Part shown: positions 50,234 to 60,082 of the stretch, piece after piece
Numbering within the stretch: the stretch's first letter is position 1
How the letters are laid out: every line of letters begins with the position of its first letter
Source of the DNA: an uncultured delta proteobacterium
GTDB taxonomy: Bacteria; Desulfobacterota; Binatia; UBA9968
Assembly: GCA_963760795.1 (NCBI GenBank)
Contig: CAVXEP010000014.1
Location: 1-64,000 of the forward strand
Length of the DNA stretch: 64,000 nucleotides
Reading direction: 5' to 3'
Notes under the pieces: model-generated
Seen by the model: the letters and a program-made list of their open reading frames with translations, nothing else
Database searches by the model: none
What the model was told of the DNA's origin: nothing
Translations under genes and position numbers: made by a program

Positions 50234-51292
50234 TTAGGATTGCTTTTTGCCGATCTCCCTGAGCAATTTCTCCCAGCGCTCGGCGGCCTTGTCGTACTGC
50301 ACCGTCGACATTCCCGCCTCGGGATACCAGAGTTTGTAGGACACCGGTTTGAACACGCTGCCGTATTCCAGGTCGCCGAGGATTTTTGCCGCTTCCGGCC
50401 CGAGGAGATAGTCGGTGAGCAAAACCGCCGCATGGGAATGGGGCGCCAGAGCGACGATCACCACGCCGCCGGCGTTTGTCGGCACCACTTCCATCGCCGC
50501 CCAATCGATGGGACCGCCCTTGGCTTTCATCTCCAGCGCGTGATCGCGGAAAATGGTCGGCGAGAGCGGGACTTCGCCCGACAACACCAAATCGGCCATG
50601 GCCCGGCCCGAGACGTTTTGCAGAGTGATATCCTGGCCTCTGAGCTTCTTAACGAACTCTTCGCCTTTGACATTGAGTATCGAGCCAAGGGTGCGCGTAC
50701 CGGTCTCGTTGGAGACAAAGCCGATCTTGCCTTTGAGCTCCGGCTTCAATAGATCGCCATAATTTTTCGGGACCGCCGTGGCCGGGATGACGTTGGTATT
50801 GTACCCCACGCCCATGTAGGTCTCGCGGTCGATGCCCCAGTAGACCAAACCCTTCGTGGCATTTTCCTTGGCATGCGCCGGATACTTGGCGAGATGCACC
50901 GAAGTGTAGGGAATCAGCAGCTTGCTTTCGCGCAGAAAACGCAGTGTCGGCAGCGTCGTCTCGATCACGTCGGCGATGACCTGCTTGGCCTGCGCCTCGG
51001 CCGTGACCTTGGTCATGATATCGGTGCTGGTGGCGCGGTACGGTTCGATCTTGATGCCGTATTTGGTCTCGAAGCCCTTGGCGAGGTCTTTGTACGAGCT
51101 GCCGGCGAGCGAAGTGTACCAAACCACCTTGCCTTCGACCTTTGCCCCGGCGATCAGCCGCTGCTCGCGGTCGGCGCCGGTGTACGCGGCGAGCTCGGCG
51201 AGCGAAATGGCTTTCTTCGCCTGCGCCCAACCATCGGAACAAAATAACAGAGCCGCAATCGCCAACATCGAATATCGAAAGAATTTGTTCAT
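50234..51292 (-). CDS. ABC substrate-binding protein, Fbp/AfuA-like
   Basis: LIAGAKVEGKVVWYTS, YNT..I...P..Y.DLL.P.LKG, APHSHAA.L. Confidence 0.87.
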   Translation of the reverse strand: MNKFFRYSMLAIAALLFCSDGWAQAKKAISLAELAAYTGADREQRLIAGAKVEGKVVWYTSLAGSSYKDLAKGFETKYGIKIEPYRATSTDIMTKVTAEAQAKQVIADVIETTLPTLRFLRESKLLIPYTSVHLAKYPAHAKENATKGLVYWGIDRETYMGVGYNTNVIPATAVPKNYGDLLKPELKGKIGFVSNETGTRTLGSILNVKGEEFVKKLRGQDITLQNVSGRAMADLVLSGEVPLSPTIFRDHALEMKAKGGPIDWAAMEVVPTNAGGVVIVALAPHSHAAVLLTDYLLGPEAAKILGDLEYGSVFKPVSYKLWYPEAGMSTVQYDKAAERWEKLLREIGKKQS

Positions 51293-51321
51293 CGTCGCCT
51301 CCGACTGCCTACGATTGTGGG

Positions 51322-53010
51322 TTAAGTTATCGCCTCGGCTGGAAAGGCCTGCGGATAATTTTTACGGGCGTTCTGTTGCGACGAATAACCGAGTTCGACG
51401 TCCCGCGCCACCGCCGCCGCTTTGCGCTCACCAGGCGCGCCATAGCCGCCACCGCCGGCGGTGAAAAAGGTTACCGTCTCTCCAGGATGAATTTGCATCT
51501 GGCTAAACTTGCCGGGCAACTGTTCGTCTTTGCCGCCGCGCTCGATGCGCGTCTCATTGACCATCGCCGCGGCACCGCCGAGCAGTCCCCATGGCGGGCA
51601 CTTAGTACGGTCGGTGTTGCGGCTCAGGAAACAATTCTCCAGCGGCTTGAGCCGCACTTCGACGCCGTTGCCGCCGCGAAACTTGCCGGCGCCACCGCTG
51701 TCGGTGCGAAAGGCGTGGCACTCGTAGAGCAGTGGATAGTAAAGTTCCTGCAACTCGATAGGCGTGTTTTTGACATCGCCCTGGCACATCGACACCGCGG
51801 AGGAAACGCCGTCTTCGAAGGGCCGCCCGCCCCAACCGCCGCCGATAATATTCTGGCAGACGTAACGGCGGCCGGTTTTGGAGTTCATGCCGAAAATCGC
51901 ATAGCCGCCCATGTCGCCTTTATGCGCCGCCGGCACGCGTTCCGGCAGCGCCGGCGCTAGAGCGCAAAAGATCGTGTCGAGCACCGTCGGCAACGATAGA
52001 CTCCAGCCGCCGATGGGGGCGGGCCGGCGCGCACTGAGTAATTTTCCCGGTGGCAGGATCACTTTCAACGCGAGAAACGATCCTTCGTTCACTTCACGTT
52101 GCGGCGACGTCAGCGCCTTGAAAGCGACCCGCGCGGCGGCCATGCCGCCGGATTCGCCGCAGTTGATAAAGCCCGGCACTTGATCGGCGACTTCAGAATA
52201 GTCGATGGTCAGCTCATCGCCGCGCACGACGACTTTGATCTTGAGCGGGATCGTCTTGTTCATCACCCGGCCGTCGTCGTCGAGAAACGATGCCGCTTCG
52301 TAGACGCCGTCGGGAATCGCCCGCACCGACTCGCGCACCAGCTTATCGGTCTGAGTCCAGATCGCTTGCACGGCTTCTTGAAAGCGCGCGCCGCCGTATT
52401 TGCGGCAGATCTGCTCCAAACGGTCCTCGCCAGTGCGGCAGCAGGCGATCTGCGCCCGCAGGTCGCCAAGCGAAGATTCGGGAAAGCGAATATTATCTTC
52501 GATCAAGCGCAGCACTTCCGTATTTGGCTTGCCGCGCTTGTAAATTTTCACCGAGCGTACTTGCAGCCCCTCTTCGTAAACGTCGCGGGTATTGCTCGAC
52601 CCAAAACCGGTGCTGCCGCCGCCGACATCGATCCAATGGGCGCGCACGGCGAGAAAGCTAACCAGCTCGCCTTCCCAGAAAAACGGCGTGTACACCGCCA
52701 TGTTGTTCAAATGCTGGCCGCAGATCTCGGGGTGATTGACGAGAAAGACGTCGCCGGGATGAATATCGTTTTTGCCGTAGACTTCGATGCCATCCTGGAC
52801 AGCAACCCCCAGGTCGGCAAGAAAAATCGGCAGCGCGCCCTCGTTCTGCGACATTGTCCGCCCCTCATGATCGAGCACCGCGACGCAGTAATCCTGCACC
52901 TCATAGATCATCATGTTATAAGCGGTCTTCTTCAAAACAGCCGACATTTCATTGGCGGCGGCTTTCAAGGCGCAGCGAATAATTTCTACAGTGATGGGAT
53001 CGACGGACAT
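51322..53010 (-). CDS. hydantoinase B/oxoprolinase family protein
   Basis: DPITVEII, PGDVFLVN.P...GQHLN, HWIDVGG, EEG, GGWGG, SGGAGKFRGG, AGGGGYG. Confidence 0.93.
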   Translation of the reverse strand: MSVDPITVEIIRCALKAAANEMSAVLKKTAYNMMIYEVQDYCVAVLDHEGRTMSQNEGALPIFLADLGVAVQDGIEVYGKNDIHPGDVFLVNHPEICGQHLNNMAVYTPFFWEGELVSFLAVRAHWIDVGGGSTGFGSSNTRDVYEEGLQVRSVKIYKRGKPNTEVLRLIEDNIRFPESSLGDLRAQIACCRTGEDRLEQICRKYGGARFQEAVQAIWTQTDKLVRESVRAIPDGVYEAASFLDDDGRVMNKTIPLKIKVVVRGDELTIDYSEVADQVPGFINCGESGGMAAARVAFKALTSPQREVNEGSFLALKVILPPGKLLSARRPAPIGGWSLSLPTVLDTIFCALAPALPERVPAAHKGDMGGYAIFGMNSKTGRRYVCQNIIGGGWGGRPFEDGVSSAVSMCQGDVKNTPIELQELYYPLLYECHAFRTDSGGAGKFRGGNGVEVRLKPLENCFLSRNTDRTKCPPWGLLGGAAAMVNETRIERGGKDEQLPGKFSQMQIHPGETVTFFTAGGGGYGAPGERKAAAVARDVELGYSSQQNARKNYPQAFPAEAIT

Positions 53011-53028
53011 AAACACCTCGGAATTTTA

Positions 53029-53236
53029 AACACAAAGAGCACAAGTTCACATATATGAAATTTCAGAATCGGAGATGTAGCCGCAAAGAACGCAAAGCGC
53101 ACAAATGAGACTTCCCAACTGTAAGAACGACCGGTTGGTTGCCCATAGATCCCTTTTGCGCCCTTTGCGCTCTTTACGGTTAAACAATCCGATTCCGATT
53201 CTTCTTACTTTGTCGCCTATGTGCTCTTTGTGGTTA
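53029..53236. repeat. nested inverted 9-mer arrays forming a roughly 210-bp hairpin
   Basis: ACACAAAGAGCACA / TGTGCTCTTTGTG outer pair; CCGCAAAGAACGCAAAG / CTTTGCGCTCTTTACGG inner pair; GAATCGGA / TCCGATTC between them. Confidence 0.65.
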
Positions 53237-53252
53237 AACCTCTTCTGTCGCC

Positions 53253-54275
53253 TCACAACCCCTTGCTGCCCTGCAGCCGGGCGAAGAATCCTTCTTTGCG
53301 CAACTCTTGCAACAGACTATTGTCGAAAAACTCTTCCGCTTTGGCGCTCTTAGCACCGGCCCCGCCCGGCTGGGTGGCGAGAAATTTGAGCACCACGCCG
53401 ATTGCTTTCTCGTCGGTCAACGGCGGCAATGAAAACAGCTTGGAGTAGTATTCGTAACTGCGCTTGGCGATGACCTCGTCGGTGATGCGCATATACTTTT
53501 TCATGATCGGCAGGCTGGTCTCGACATCGGTCTTGAGGACGTGAATCGCCTCGACATATGCAATCAACATGCGCTTGACCAGATCGCGGTTACTACGCAG
53601 CAGTTCCTTGCGCACGACCAAGCCGGATTGGGGAAAAGGATCAGAACCGGTGGCGAAGTCCGCCAACGGCGTCAGATTGTACTTTTCCGCTTCGAAGCTA
53701 AACGGCGGCGCCAACACCGTTGCATCGATGGTGCCGGCGACCACCGCGGCAAGCCGCGGCTGGGTTCCTGGAATAGCCAGGACCGTCACCGATTTCGGAT
53801 CGATGCCCCAGCGTTCCAGCGCGTTGAGAAAAAAGAAAGTGTTCATTTCGCCCGGACCGACGAGGCCAACGGTCTTGCCAATCAGGTCCTGGGGTTTCTT
53901 AACCGTCTTCGGCTGGCCGACGATACTCACCGTCGGCCGATTGGTCGAAGTCGCGATAATCACCAGATCGCCGCCAGCCAAGTTCGCCTGCACCGGCGCC
54001 ACGCCGGCGCTCTGCGACAGTTGCAGCGCGTTAGCCAGCAACGCCGCCGTGCTGCGCGCCCCGCCGGCGATGCGCACCAGTTCTGAAGTCATGCCATGCT
54101 TAGCGAACAACTTCAGCTCATGAGCCACCCAAAGCGGCGCCTGATAACCCAGCTCGCCGCCGTAACCCGCCGTGATCTTGACTTGCGCTCCAAACGCAAC
54201 CCCATGCAGCGCGATAAATAACCCAAACAGTGTCGCAATAAGTTTTCCGAACACGCCTAACCCTTTACCCTTCAC
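53253..54275 (-). CDS. ABC substrate-binding protein, NMT1/SsuA-like
   Basis: PLWVA...LFAKHG, DLIGKTVG, FFDNSLL.EL.KEGF. Confidence 0.87.
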   Translation of the reverse strand: MKGKGLGVFGKLIATLFGLFIALHGVAFGAQVKITAGYGGELGYQAPLWVAHELKLFAKHGMTSELVRIAGGARSTAALLANALQLSQSAGVAPVQANLAGGDLVIIATSTNRPTVSIVGQPKTVKKPQDLIGKTVGLVGPGEMNTFFFLNALERWGIDPKSVTVLAIPGTQPRLAAVVAGTIDATVLAPPFSFEAEKYNLTPLADFATGSDPFPQSGLVVRKELLRSNRDLVKRMLIAYVEAIHVLKTDVETSLPIMKKYMRITDEVIAKRSYEYYSKLFSLPPLTDEKAIGVVLKFLATQPGGAGAKSAKAEEFFDNSLLQELRKEGFFARLQGSKGL

Positions 54276-54339
54276 TTCTTACTGCCTCTTCTTCATTGCG
54301 CCGCTTCGACGTAGCTCGACGACGAGCCACTAACCACGA

Positions 54340-55404
54340 TCATCGAATCACCTTCTGCGCCCGCGCCAGCACGGTCGGCGGAACCGTCAAGCCGATCTGC
54401 TTCGCCGTTTTTAGATTGATGAAGAGATCGATGTTATCGACTCCCTCCACCGGCAAGTCCTTAGGATTAACACCAGTGAGAATGCGCTGGACGTACTTCG
54501 CTGACAGGCGACCAATTTCGTGGCGGCTCACGCTATAGCTGGCGAGACCTCCCATGATGACAGAACTTTGGCTCTGGAACATAGTCGGAAACTTCTTGAC
54601 ACTTGCCGTGTCGATGATCAGTTGATTCTGGAGAGCCACATGCGGGTCCGACACTTCGAAGAACGCATCCATCTCCTTGGCGCTAAGCGCTCGTATACGC
54701 GCCTGAAGTTCCTCGACGGAAGCGAAATGCCGTTCGAGTAGCTCGATCCCCAGAGGTCGCGCGACTTCCCGCACCAACTTGGCGGCCTGGCTGCCAACAG
54801 GACCGCGAGGATCGTAGAACGTCACTACCCGGCGGAGTTTCGGGACCATCTCTTTCAAGATCTCCAGTCGCTTCGCGGTCAGGTCGGTGTCCCGGTAGAA
54901 CACGCCTGTGAGTCTTCCCCCCGGTTTTGCGAAGCTGTCCACGAGCCCAAGATCAACCGGGTCGGCCCCGGCACAGAATACGATGGGAATGTCTGCCGTC
55001 GCCCGCCTGGCTGGCATGGTTACGGAGGATTGCGTTGTATAGATCAGGTCGACTTTCTCTTGTTCGAGATTCCTCGCCGCCTCCTCTGCCACCTTGGTAT
55101 CGCCCTTCGTATCTCGGATTGTCAGAACAAATTGTTTTCCCTCTTCAAACCCCAACTTCCTTAGTCCGACCCGGAGCCCGTCGATTACCTCGTACCACGG
55201 GCCGCCTGAAGTGATGACACCGACACGGTAGACCTTTGGCTGCTGGGCCTGAGCCACAGCCCCAGCCATCACGAGCACGAAAGCGATTAACGAAAACCAT
55301 GGCCATTTTAGTCCGCGGGGCAGCTTTTGGTCCGCGGGGCCGCTTTTCGATTTTAGATTGCCGGAACAAGAATGGGCAACTCGCCTCCAACATCTTTTGT
55401 TCAT
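54340..55404 (-). CDS. ABC transporter substrate-binding protein (ABC_sub_bind/PF04392 type)
   Basis: AQAQQP.VYRVG, DPV.LGLV.S.AKPGG..TG, KRLEILKE, FINLKTAKQIGLTVP. Confidence 0.88.
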   Translation of the reverse strand: MNKRCWRRVAHSCSGNLKSKSGPADQKLPRGLKWPWFSLIAFVLVMAGAVAQAQQPKVYRVGVITSGGPWYEVIDGLRVGLRKLGFEEGKQFVLTIRDTKGDTKVAEEAARNLEQEKVDLIYTTQSSVTMPARRATADIPIVFCAGADPVDLGLVDSFAKPGGRLTGVFYRDTDLTAKRLEILKEMVPKLRRVVTFYDPRGPVGSQAAKLVREVARPLGIELLERHFASVEELQARIRALSAKEMDAFFEVSDPHVALQNQLIIDTASVKKFPTMFQSQSSVIMGGLASYSVSRHEIGRLSAKYVQRILTGVNPKDLPVEGVDNIDLFINLKTAKQIGLTVPPTVLARAQKVIR

Positions 55405-55491
55405 CCTTTTTTCCCCGAATCGAAAATCGGCAATCGAAAATCCAAAATTGGGTCGCCTAACCCCTTACCCTTCACGCCTTACTTCCCTCAC
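55343..55491. repeat. 7-mer arrays (AATC(C/G)AA and YCYTYAC)
   Basis: TTTTCGATTTTAGATTG; AATCGAAAATCGGCAATCGAAAATCCAAAAT; GCCTAAC CCCTTAC CCTTCAC GCCTTAC..CCCTCAC. Confidence 0.6.
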
Positions 55492-56270
55492 TTCTTCTCC
55501 GGCTCATCCTTCCCCACATACGACTGCCGATAAGTTTGCAGCGTCTTACCGCGCAGTTCATAGAGGAATTGAATCACCCGCTCGTTGCTCATGAACTTAT
55601 CCTGCTCGTAGCGATCGTGATGAACAATCTCGTCCAGCGGCCGGCGCACGCCTTCGGACGGCTGCACGGCCGGATAGCCGATGGGAATGATCAGATAGAG
55701 CATCATCAGATCCGGCACGTCGAGAACTTTCTTGAACGGCTCCTGGACGTGAATCGTCACCCACTGGGTCGCCAGACCGAGCGACACCGCGGCGAGATGC
55801 ATGAACGTGCAGGTGTTCGCCAACCCATCGGTGAGATGAGATTGATCGCGGCCGAAAGTGTGCGCCCCTTGCACCGTGCCCCACTGGCGCCGGCCGTCGC
55901 CGACCACGACGATCAACGCCGGTGCCTCGGACCAGCCGGCGCCGCGTCGCTGGCGCTCCACCGCCGCATCGGCGGTCATTTGATAGGCCGGATGGCGCAG
56001 CTCGAAGACACGCTGCTGCTCCATCCAGTAAATAAAGTCGGTGTTGTCTTCCGAGTAACAACGGAAGAGATCCTTTTTCACTTTAGGATCTTTGACGACG
56101 ATATACTCCCAGGGCTGCGAGTTCGCCCCCGACATCGCCCAGCGCCCGGCTTCGAGAATCTTGCCGATATATTCGTCTGGAATCGGATCGGGCTTCAACT
56201 TGCGCACGCTCGAGCGGCGCCGGATGATGTCATAGAGTAGATCGTAACCTGAGGTGGTATCTGCACTCAT
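55488..56270 (-). CDS. nitroreductase family protein
   Basis: IIRRRSSVR, A.SGANSQPW.YIVV, LAAVSLGL.T.W, IPIGYP; GGAGG RBS. Confidence 0.9.
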   Translation of the reverse strand: MSADTTSGYDLLYDIIRRRSSVRKLKPDPIPDEYIGKILEAGRWAMSGANSQPWEYIVVKDPKVKKDLFRCYSEDNTDFIYWMEQQRVFELRHPAYQMTADAAVERQRRGAGWSEAPALIVVVGDGRRQWGTVQGAHTFGRDQSHLTDGLANTCTFMHLAAVSLGLATQWVTIHVQEPFKKVLDVPDLMMLYLIIPIGYPAVQPSEGVRRPLDEIVHHDRYEQDKFMSNERVIQFLYELRGKTLQTYRQSYVGKDEPEKK

Positions 56271-56484
56271 GTTGGAACCTCCAAAGTGTATGGACAAGTG
56301 ATTTGAAACTCAGTTCTTATAGCCGACAACACCGTGCCGCTTCAATCGTCGTCGGGTCTTATACCCTCGCCCTTTGGGAGAGGGAAGGGTGAGGGCTCTT
56401 TCAAGGGCGCAGTCCAAGCCGGTCGTCCATCGGAGCCCTCATCCTAGCCTTCTCCCTGAGGACGAAGGAACCTGATCCGCAACG

Positions 56485-57858
56485 CTACTCTGATAACTTG
56501 AGCGCCGCCAGCAGCGGAGCCATCGAATCCCGCGTATCCAACAAGGTAACTTGATCAATCACCGCTCGCGTTTTCTCTTCGCCCAGTACCGGCGCAGCCA
56601 AGCCGAGAAACTTCGCTTCGACATCTTGCCGCGTCATCGGATTCTCAACCTCGCCTTTGGGTGCGATAATCTCCCCGCTACGCACCTGACCGTCCGCAAG
56701 CGTCACCGTCACTCGTCCCGCCCAATATTTCGGGAAATGCCGATCGAGCTCCGTGCTGGCGCGGACCGTCACTTTAGTCATCAACTGGCGAACTGGCACG
56801 CTCTGTAAATACTCGTCTTCGAATGATGCCAAATCGATTTTTCCTCTGAGCGCCGTCACCGCCATTACATATTGCCCACTCCCCAACGTCGCCGCCCGCA
56901 GCGTCGGCGTCGCCGGGCGGTCGATCATGCCGGCGTTTTGCGTCGGCACCGCCAGTTCGATCGCGCGAATCGCTTCCGCGCCAATCGAATATTCGCTTAT
57001 CAGCCTCAGCAGCGCTTCAACCCCGGCATGCAACTGGCGCGCGCAGGGGTAAGGCTTGAACGCGACATCGAGCAAATGAAACTGTTTGAAGTCTTGAAGA
57101 AACTCGAACTTCGGTTCGGCACAAAGGGTGAAACAAAAGCCGCGCGGATCTTCCAGCGCGCGCTTCGGCCCCGTGAGCCCTTGCTCGGTGGCGAGCAAAG
57201 CGAGCAGGCCATTTCGCGCCGCGGACCCAAAAGCGAGATGACGCGCCGTCGCGCCTTCCTGTCCGCCGGTGAGCATGCCGCCGGTGTGAAGAGAAGCGAT
57301 GCCGAGGGCGTTGGTCGTCTTGTCGACCGGCCAGCCGAAGAATTTCGCTCCCGCCGCTGCCACACCGAAGGCGCCGCAAACCGTACTCGGCCACCAGCCG
57401 CGGGCGAACAGCTTCGGCGCATCGATGCTCAAGCCGATGCGAGCGGTGGTTTCGTAGCCGGCAATTGCCGCTTCGAGAAACCGCCGGCCGCTGCCGCCAT
57501 GTTTTTCCGCCAGCGCCAGGAGCGCGGGAACGATCATGCCGCCGATGCAGGTCGCGGCGCCGCCATGAATGTCATCGAGCTCGCCGCAGTGCGCCGCAGT
57601 CGCCATCGCCTGCACGGCGTCGAGATACCCGGCGCGTCGAGCCGTTCCAAAGAGCGTCGAATCGGCATTGCCAACGCTCGCCTCGACAGCCAGATTGTAC
57701 GCCAGCCGTCCCGGCTCCAAGCGCGAACCGGCAAGAATACAACCGAGGGAATCGAGGATGTGGAGCTTGGCGGCGTCGATAACGTCGTGCGGAAATTCTT
57801 CGTAGCGTAGCGCTAGGCAATGACGTGCGAGCTGCTCGCTTACAGTGTCGTCGGGCAT
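56485..57858 (-). CDS. MmgE/PrpD family protein
   Basis: LDSLGCILAG, H..ELDDIH, AIAGYE, FKPYPCAR..H, PKG..ENP. Confidence 0.9.
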   Translation of the reverse strand: MPDDTVSEQLARHCLALRYEEFPHDVIDAAKLHILDSLGCILAGSRLEPGRLAYNLAVEASVGNADSTLFGTARRAGYLDAVQAMATAAHCGELDDIHGGAATCIGGMIVPALLALAEKHGGSGRRFLEAAIAGYETTARIGLSIDAPKLFARGWWPSTVCGAFGVAAAGAKFFGWPVDKTTNALGIASLHTGGMLTGGQEGATARHLAFGSAARNGLLALLATEQGLTGPKRALEDPRGFCFTLCAEPKFEFLQDFKQFHLLDVAFKPYPCARQLHAGVEALLRLISEYSIGAEAIRAIELAVPTQNAGMIDRPATPTLRAATLGSGQYVMAVTALRGKIDLASFEDEYLQSVPVRQLMTKVTVRASTELDRHFPKYWAGRVTVTLADGQVRSGEIIAPKGEVENPMTRQDVEAKFLGLAAPVLGEEKTRAVIDQVTLLDTRDSMAPLLAALKLSE

Positions 57859-57901
57859 TGTCCGTATTACTTGTATCGTCTTTTGCGCGATAAACCAGGA
57901 C

Positions 57902-57968
57902 GGCGGGTTTCAAACCCGCCCCTACCTATTCTGAGTCTTTTTGTGAGACCTTTGCGTTCTTTGCGGCC
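57902..57968. repeat. GTAG-type REP plus 9-mer array
   Basis: minus strand GTAGGGGCGGGTTTGAAACCCGCC; CTTTGCGTTCTTTGCGGCC. Confidence 0.6.
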
Positions 57969-57994
57969 AACATTCCGAATCCGAATCTCACTCC

Positions 57995-60031
57995 TCAGCT
58001 CCCCACCTCGATCACCAGCTGGCCGAGTTCGTTCACCTCCATGGTGTCGCCGGGATAGACGAGGATCGTCGCGCCCAACTCTTCGATCACGGCGGGACCT
58101 GCTAATTGGTCGCCAGCTTTGAAACCGCTGCTTAGATAAATCGGACAGTCCACCGGCTGGGTGTCGAAGATCACCGGCCGCCGGCCCCGTTCGCCGCGGT
58201 CTTCGGCGCGGGACGCCGTCGCCAGGGGTAATTTGTTGTCAAATTTTCCTAACGCGGAAAGACGCAGATTGACCATCATCACCGGCTCTTTCGGCGCCGA
58301 GTGGCCATAGTGATCTTGATGCATTTGATCGAAGCGCGCGCGGATCGCGCTGAAGTCGGTGAGCGTGCGCAGATCTTCAGTCACCGGCACCGGCAACGTG
58401 TACTCCTGGCCGCGGTAGCGCATGTCGAGAAAGCGCCGCAAGACCATCTGCTCCGGCTTGCAGCCCTCTTCGCGCAGCGTATCTGTGGCGGATTTTTCCA
58501 GCACCGCGAACGCGTCGGCGATCTGTGCGCCGCTGGTGTCGGCCAACTCGCGCACGAAAGTCTGCACATAATCATGCTTCAAATCAGCCATCAGCATGCC
58601 GAGGGCGGAAAAATGCGCCGGCATCGGCGGGATGATCACCCGCGGCACCGACAGCTCCCGGGCGATGGCGATGGCGTGCAGAGCGCCGCCGCCGCCGCTC
58701 GGCACCAGCACGCAATCGCGCGGGTCGTAACCCTTCTCGACCGACACCGCGCGCACCGACAGCGACATATTGAAATTGGCGATGGTGAGAATTCCCAATG
58801 CCGCCTCTTCCAAAGAAAGTCCGAGCGGCTTGCCGACCTTTGCCATGATCGCCGCCGCCGCTTGGTCGCGCTGCAAGCGAATGCCGCTGCCGAGAAAATA
58901 TTCCGGGTCTATTCTGCCCGCGATCAAATTAGCATCGGTAACGGTCGGCTCGACGCCGCCTTTGCCGTAGCAAGCCGGCCCCGGCGCCGCGCCGGCGCTC
59001 TGCGGTCCGACTTTCAAACCGCCGGCGGGATCGATCCAGGCGATGCTGCCGCCGCCGTTGCCGACCTCGACGATGTCGACCACCGGCAGCATCATCGGAT
59101 GGCCGGTGACATAACCGCCGACGTAATAGCTGCTGGTCACCTCGGGATGAAAGTCCTTGATCAAGCTCGACTTCGCCGTCGTGCCGCCCATGTCGAAGGA
59201 AATGATATGGCGGCAGCCGAGCGCTTCGCCGAGCCGCGCCGCCGCGATGACGCCGGCCACCGGCCCCGATTCCATCATCGTCACCGGCATTTTCTTCGCC
59301 GTCTCCGCCGACATCACGCCGCCGTTGGACTGCATGACGCGAAAGGTGCCGTGAAAACCGGCGGCGCCGAGCATTTTTTCCAGCGAGACTAAATAACGGC
59401 GCACCAGCGGCCCGACGTAGGAATTTAGCGCCGTCGTCGAAGTGCGCTCGTACTCGCGGAACTCGCGCAGAATCTCGTGCGACAGCGACACGTAGGCTTC
59501 GGGAAACTGTTGGCGCAGCAGCTCGCCCAGCCGCTGCTCATGCGCCGCATTGGCATAGGAATGGAGCAAACACACCGCGACGCTTTCGACGCCGGCTTTT
59601 TTTAACGCGTCAATCGCCGTCGCCGCCGAAGTTTCGTCGAGCGCGGTCAGCACTTCGCCGCTAGCATAAAGCCGTTCGTCCACTTCCAGGCGCAAGTCGC
59701 GCGGCACCAGCGGCACCGGCCGTTTGAAAAACAAATTGTAACCTTCCGGCCGGTTGCCCCGGCCGATCTCGTAAACGTCGCGAAAACCTTTGGTGGTGAT
59801 CAGACCGGTGCGCGCGCCCTTGCGCTCGAGCACGGCGTTGATGGTCACCGTCGAGCCATGGACAAAAAAGTTCGCGCCGGCGACGGCGACGTTGGCGCCT
59901 GTCAAACAATCGCCGATGCCGCGGGCCAAATCGTCCGGCGTGGTCAGCGCTTTACTACGCGACACCCGCCCGTCGTCATCGACGGCAACTAAATCGGTAA
60001 ACGTCCCGCCTATGTCAACTGCGATTCTCAT
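57995..60031 (-). CDS. hydantoinase A/oxoprolinase family protein (ATP-binding subunit)
   Basis: VDIGGTFTD, HGSTV..NA, REYERTSTT, ESGPVAG, DMGGTT, GPQSAGA.PGPACY. Confidence 0.94.
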   Translation of the reverse strand: MRIAVDIGGTFTDLVAVDDDGRVSRSKALTTPDDLARGIGDCLTGANVAVAGANFFVHGSTVTINAVLERKGARTGLITTKGFRDVYEIGRGNRPEGYNLFFKRPVPLVPRDLRLEVDERLYASGEVLTALDETSAATAIDALKKAGVESVAVCLLHSYANAAHEQRLGELLRQQFPEAYVSLSHEILREFREYERTSTTALNSYVGPLVRRYLVSLEKMLGAAGFHGTFRVMQSNGGVMSAETAKKMPVTMMESGPVAGVIAAARLGEALGCRHIISFDMGGTTAKSSLIKDFHPEVTSSYYVGGYVTGHPMMLPVVDIVEVGNGGGSIAWIDPAGGLKVGPQSAGAAPGPACYGKGGVEPTVTDANLIAGRIDPEYFLGSGIRLQRDQAAAAIMAKVGKPLGLSLEEAALGILTIANFNMSLSVRAVSVEKGYDPRDCVLVPSGGGGALHAIAIARELSVPRVIIPPMPAHFSALGMLMADLKHDYVQTFVRELADTSGAQIADAFAVLEKSATDTLREEGCKPEQMVLRRFLDMRYRGQEYTLPVPVTEDLRTLTDFSAIRARFDQMHQDHYGHSAPKEPVMMVNLRLSALGKFDNKLPLATASRAEDRGERGRRPVIFDTQPVDCPIYLSSGFKAGDQLAGPAVIEELGATILVYPGDTMEVNELGQLVIEVGS

Positions 60032-60082
60032 GGAGCCTTTCAATCTGCGGTAAAAGATTCTCGACGCGCTGTCATATCCGAT

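Noticed and set aside
55488-56270. BluB assignment for the nitroreductase
   Set aside because: Only general nitroreductase motifs are recognisable and there are no cobalamin genes nearby
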